The position numbers were made by a program, and so were the translations under genes. Of a stretch of DNA of 64,000 nt, positions 59,011 to 64,000 are shown piece after piece. Each line of letters starts with the position of its first letter. Within the stretch, counting starts at the first letter, position 1. Where the stretch lies: contig OZ038379.1 in the NCBI GenBank assembly GCA_964036045.1, forward strand, positions 3,410,001 to 3,474,000. The letters run 5' to 3'. The notes beneath the pieces are model-generated. The model saw only the letters and a list, made by a program, of their open reading frames with translations, did not search any database and was not told where the DNA came from. Origin of the DNA: Eutreptiella sp. 'Long Island Sound 2002'. Its lineage: Eukaryota > Protista > Euglenida.

Positions 59011-61537
59011 CTATCCACCCAGTTGCGGTAAGCCGTGGCCACCCTCAAAGAGAATGTGGACACGCGATTACAGGTATGCCCCCCCTCGCGCGTCATAGGG
59101 CGTAAGAAATGTGGGCCGTCTTCCCCCAGACATTGTTCCGGCGACGTTCCAAAAATTATTTTGGCGGCGTTCCAATTTGAAACACACGGCGTCTCCAGCT
59201 TCAAGCGGAGGATGTTGGTTCACGACAAGGTCTGTCCCGAGACATGGCCATGGTACTTGGCCTCGTAGATCCCCTCCTTGAGGACCTTGATCCAGGTCAC
59301 CCAGAAGGTCACGGTGTCCTTACCGGGCGTGGGCTTCACCTCCCCCACGCCCAGCGTTCAAAAATCAGTTGCCACTGGCAACTGCCGGCCACTTGCAACT
59401 GCCGGCCACTTGCCCCGCAACGGTCAAATATTTGCCCCTCCGTGCTTGACTGGGATCATTTTGCAGGGATGCTAAGTGCCCCGTCCCCGGCCTCATTACC
59501 CTAGAGACTGGGTCCCCACCTCGTACATCCCCATCCTCCCGACGCCACTGGCATTGCTGTGCCCCTTGCTGTGTAGCTGCTTCTAGAGGAAGCGCTGTAA
59601 CAGCCCACGGAGGGTAGATGTAGATGGTGGGGTGGGGGGATTTTAAGCATCCACGGGGGGGGTGGGGGGCTACCATGTCACTTGTCCGGGGGAAGGTGGC
59701 CGCTTTGGCAGCCATGGATGTGCCAAGCCTCTTGCGCATCCATTTAGTGGTGTGCAAGGTGCCTGCCTCCCCCTCCCCTCCCCCTCTTCAACAATAGTGG
59801 TGCCCTCGTCGCCCACCTCACCAACACAGTTACCCCCCTCCTCAACAACCTCTTTCCCCCCCTTCTAGCTTCACCCCTTGGTCCCCCATGGCCACTAACT
59901 CCTCAACTGCCTTTTGCACCTCCTTTAACCAAGCCTTCCTCCAAAACAACCCCACCCATCTCCCGACAGCAAGCCAACTTACTCTCCCACCGCATAACCT
60001 TTCCACGGAGGCTTTGCACGTTTCCCCTTGCCTCCTTCACCTCCCACACGATAGTACCATCCCGGCCCCCCTCCTCACTCTTCGTCCCCCTAGTTGAGGG
60101 CACGGGCAACGGGGGGCAAGCACCCGTCGTAGGTCTGGCCTACTCATGAGGGGGTGCCGAGTACGGCTAGCACAATCGTGCGAGACCGGTGCTCGTCGAG
60201 ACTGGTGCTGGGACAGCTACTGTTGGCCGCTCCTGGCGTGGAGCTAGGGTGGCCCATGGTGGCCGAGTGGGTAGCTTTGGGGGTGGAACTGGGGCTGACG
60301 AAGTCCACAAAGAGCTGGTGGGTGGCCGTGAGGGCCTAGCTTCAAGACCAGCGCCCGGGGTGGGACTGCTAGAGCCTCCCGCAGGGTGTCCCCCTCTGAC
60401 ATCCCCACCTGGTGAAATGGAAAGGGGGGTTGTGCTGGCACCGCCTAAAAAAATCAATTCTGCGCCGTTTCGGTAAGTTATTCCGCCGACGTTCCGGCGG
60501 CGTTCCATTGCCATGTGTGCTGTTGTGGTGTGTGCTGATGCTTGTCATGAAATCTTTTGGATATCCGTTTGTAAGATGCCGGGTTGCAAAATGTTTGGTC
60601 CTTGCTCAACCAAAACTAAAGTTTGTGAAGTAAACTTGAGTTTAAATTGGGCTAGGGGGTGGGAGGAGGGCACCTTGTGCGCGCTCGCCTAGTGTTTGTG
60701 TTGCCGGCACAGCAGCCGAATGGTCACGCGACAAGACATTTTTGAACTGCAGCAGTGTTCATGCCTGTATGCTGTTGCCCTGCCTGCTGTGGGTGTGGTG
60801 TTCGGGAGTGGGCTTTGGGCTTTGGGCTTACCTTCCCGAATCCGAAGAGGGCCTTAGGGGCCCACGGAGTGCCGCATTGGGGAAGCTCGGCTCCGGCGCA
60901 CCACACTCACCCTTTGGCCATGCAGCCAGCGGGCGGGGCACACGCCTCCTCCTCTAGTATTGTCGCACGTGCATTGAGTGCGGCCGTATCCCCGGCGTGT
61001 TCGCGTTGTGCTTTGTACTGGGGCAGGGGTAGGGGGGAGGGAGGTCCACATGTGCGGGGCACCGTCGGGGCTACCGCTCCCCTGGTTCTGTGAGTTGAAG
61101 CACCTGCAGATGTGCTGCGGGGGGCAGGAGGGGAGGGGTCACGAAGATACAGTACTGGCCATACAATATACATTATTGCACTGGTAGGTAGGTAGGTAGG
61201 TAATACTAGCAGGCAAATACAGTTACGTGTAGTACGGCCACCTATACTGTATTTCCTGTGTGTGGCTGTGCCTGGGGGTAGGGGCAGGGGCAGGGGCAGG
61301 GGGGAGGGAGGTCCACCTGTGCGGGGCACCGTCGGGGCTCCCGCTCCCCTGGTTCTGTGAGTGGAAGTACCTGCAGATGTGCAGCGGGGGTAGGAGGGGA
61401 GGGGTCACGGAGATACAGTACTGGCAATACTATATACACTATTGCACTGGTAGGCAGGTAGGTAATACTAGCAGGCAAAATACAGTTACGTGTAGTACAG
61501 CTACCTATACTGTATTACCTAAGTTGGGGGCACGAGG

Positions 61538-61616
61538 GGAAGGAAGGGATTCGAACCCGCGACTGCCACTCAGCAGCTCATGGGGTTGACCGCTCGACCA
61601 CTCGGCCGGCGGTGTA
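61538..61616 (-). ncRNA. tRNA-like (Ser/Leu-type) Pol III module or SINE head, not a functional tRNA
   Basis: A-box-like CGGCCGAGTGG (61608-61598), B-box GGTTCGAATCC (61557-61547) and variable-arm hairpin ctgc-tgagtg-gcag. The acceptor stem is unpaired. Confidence 0.6.
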
Positions 61617-62437
61617 ATGGGGCGGGTTGGGGGGGGGGAGGGGGGGAGTGCAGCCGTGGGATCGCCCACAGGCGCTGCTTGGGAAGGGGGGGGGGTGGAT
61701 TGCAGCCGTGGGATCGCCCACAGGCGCCGCAGGAGAGGGGGGAAGGTGGAGCGCAGCCGTGGGATCGCCCATTGGCGCTCCCGGGGGAGGGTGGAGGGTA
61801 GGAGGGCAGCCGTGGGACGGCCCACTGGCGCTGCCAAGGAAGGGAGGTGTGTGAGGGGCAGGGGCAGGGGGCAAGGGGCAGAGGGGAGGACCACCCGTGC
61901 GGGGCACCTTTAGGGTTCCCGCTCCCTTTGACACATGAAGTGACGCACCTGCAGACGTGCAGCAGACGGTGGGAGGGGAGGGGACACGGGGATACAGTAC
62001 TGGCTATGCAATACACACCATTGTGTAGGTAGACAGGTAGGTAATACTAGCAGGCAAATAATAAAAATTCAGTAGTCCCTTGGTTCAGGGGGGTGAGTGA
62101 GGGCCCCGCCAGATCGCTGGCTGCCTAGCCCGGGGTGAGTGAGGGCTCCGCCAGACTGCTAGCTACCGAGCCTGGGGGTAGGGGCAGGGGCAGGGGCAGG
62201 GGGGAGGGAGGTCCACCTGTGCGGGGCACTGTCGGGGCTCCCGCTCCCCTGGTTCTGTGAGTGGAAGTACCTGCAGATGTGCAGCGGGGGTAGGAGGGGA
62301 GGGGTCACGGAGATACAGCACTGGCAATACTATATACACTATTGCACTGGTAGGTAGGTAGGTAATACTAGCAGGCAAAATACAGTTACGTGTAGTACAG
62401 CTACCTATACTGTATTACCTATGTTGGGGGCACGAGG

Positions 62438-62516
62438 GGAAGGAAGGGATTCGAACCCGCGACTGCCACTCAGCAGCTCATGGGGTTGACCGCTCGACCA
62501 CTCGGCCGGCGGTGTA
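62438..62516 (-). ncRNA. tRNA-like module, copy 2
   Basis: Identical A/B boxes. Confidence 0.6.
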
Positions 62517-63388
62517 ATGGGGCGGGTTGGGGGGGGGGAGGGGGGGATTGCAGCCGTGGGATCGCCACCGGCGTTGCAGGGGGAGAGAGGGGGATGGAGT
62601 GCAGCCGTGGGATCGCCCACAAGCGCTGCTTGGGAAGGGGGGGGGGTGGATTGCAGCCGTGGGATCGCCCACAGGCGCCGCAGGAGAGGGGGGAAGGTGG
62701 AGCGCAGCCGTGGGATCGCCCACTGGCGCTCCCGGGGGAGGGTGGAGGGTAGGAGGGCAGCCGTGGGACGGCCCACTGGCGCTGCCAAGGAAGGGAGGTG
62801 TGTGAGGGGCAGGGGCAGGGGGCAAGGGGCGGGGGGGAGGACAACCTGTGCGGGTCACCTTTAGGGTTCCCGCTCCTCTTGTCACATGAAGTGACGCACC
62901 TGCAGACGTGCAGCAGACGGTGGGAGGGGAGGGGACACGGGGATACAGTACTGGCTATGCAATACACACCATTGTGTAGGTAGACAGGTAGGTAATACTA
63001 GCAGGCAAATAATAAAAAGTCAGTAGTCCCTTGGTTCAGGGGGGTGAGTGAGGGCCCCGCCAGATCGCTGGCTGCCTAGCCCGGGGTGAGTGAGGGCTCC
63101 GCCAGACCGCTAGCTGCCGAGCCTGGGGGTAGGGTCAGGGGCAGGGGCAGGGGGGAGGGAGGTCCACCTGTGCGGGGCACCGTCGGGGCTCCCGCTCCCC
63201 TGGTTCTGTGAGTGGAAGTACCTGCAGATGTGCAGCGGGGGTAGGAGGGGAGGGGTCACGGAGATATAGTACTGGCAATACTATATACACTATTGCACTG
63301 GTAGGCAGGTAGGTAATACTAGCAGGCAAAATACAGTTACGTGTAGTACAGCTACCTATACTGTATTACCTAAGTTGGGGGCACGAGG

Positions 63389-63467
63389 GGAAGGAAGGGA
63401 TTCGAACCCGCGACTGCCACTCAGCAGCTCATGGGGTTGACCGCTCGACCACTCGGCCGGCGGTGTA
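63389..63467 (-). ncRNA. tRNA-like module, copy 3
   Basis: Identical A/B boxes. Confidence 0.6.
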
Positions 63468-64000
63468 ATGGGGCGGGTTGGGGGGGGGGAGGGGGGGAGT
63501 GCAGCCGTGGGATCGCCCACCGGCGCTGCAGGGGAAGAGAGGGGGAAGGAGTGCAGCCGTGGGATCGCCCACAGGCGCTGCTTGGGAAGGGGGGGGGGGT
63601 GGATTGCAGCCGTGGGATCGCCCACAGGCGCCGCAGGAGAGGGGGGAAGGTGGAGCGCAGCCGTGGGATCGCCCACTGGCGCTCCCGGGGAAGGGTGGAG
63701 GGTAGGAGGGCAGCCGTGGGACGGCCCACTGGCGCTGCCAAGGAAGGGAGGTGTGTGAGGGGCAGGGGCAGGGGGCAAGGGGCAGAGGGGAGGACCACCC
63801 GTGCGGGGCACCTTTAGGGTTCCCGCTCCCTTTGACACATGAAGTGACGCACCTGCAGACGTGCAGCAGACGGTGGGAGGGGAGGGGACACGGGGATACA
63901 GTACTGGCTATGCAATACACACCATTGTGCAGGTAGACAGGTAGGTAATACTAGCAGGCAAATAATAAAAAGTCAGTAGTCCCTTGGTTCAGGGGGGTGA

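Larger units (their letters stand above)
60990..64000. repeat. Higher-order tandem repeat (~900-950 bp unit), running off the window end
   Basis: ttgggggcacgaggggaaggaagggattcgaacc occurs near 61524, 62424 and 63375. Each unit holds two diverged ~230-bp modules, one tRNA-like module and 5-6 gcagccgtggga(tc/cg)gcc(c)ac repeats. Confidence 0.93.

Noticed and set aside
55856-59204. Many overlapping Cys/His/Trp-rich ORFs of 60-264 aa
   Set aside because: They are translations of the ~40-bp satellite in all six frames.
59365-60110. Possible decayed LINE reverse-transcriptase fragments
   Set aside because: No diagnostic QG..LSP or Y/F.DD motif could be read with confidence.
61538-61616. Functional tRNA gene
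   Set aside because: The acceptor stem does not pair, the anticodon arm is malformed and the T-stem is weak; kept only as tRNA-like.
61640-61840. Repeat-spacer hairpin array as a CRISPR locus
   Set aside because: Eukaryotic context, no cas genes, and the spacers are short low-complexity purine runs repeated between units.

Overview
Repeat-rich eukaryotic nuclear DNA, very probably from a euglenid. Three things point to this: a euglenid spliced-leader (SL) motif, a cytochrome c resembling Euglena c-558, and a euglenozoan-type NDUFA9-like exon. The main feature is a 6.0-kb intronless reading frame on the minus strand (16602->10591). It encodes a CCHC knuckle, two cold-shock-like OB folds, a ZNFX1-type SF1 helicase, NFX1-type zinc fingers, a degenerate PARP-like domain and an intact H-Y-E PARP domain. 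A single in-frame TAA interrupts it, and an SL relic ends 18 nt upstream of its ATG, which suggests a retroposed mRNA. Bases 20382-43326 are about 2.7 near-identical tandem copies of a ~9-kb mosaic unit. The unit contains a CCCH zinc-finger gene, two paralogous micro-domains, the 3' half of an SR-like gene, and an RNase H remnant split by a hAT element. An intact RRM/SR-like gene follows the array. Other content: a cytochrome c exon, Harbinger-like transposase remnants, TA-flanked poly-C/poly-G MITEs, several satellites, and a terminal ~0.9-kb higher-order repeat carrying a tRNA-like A/B-box module and hairpin arrays. All family assignments come from motif recognition by eye; no database searches were run.
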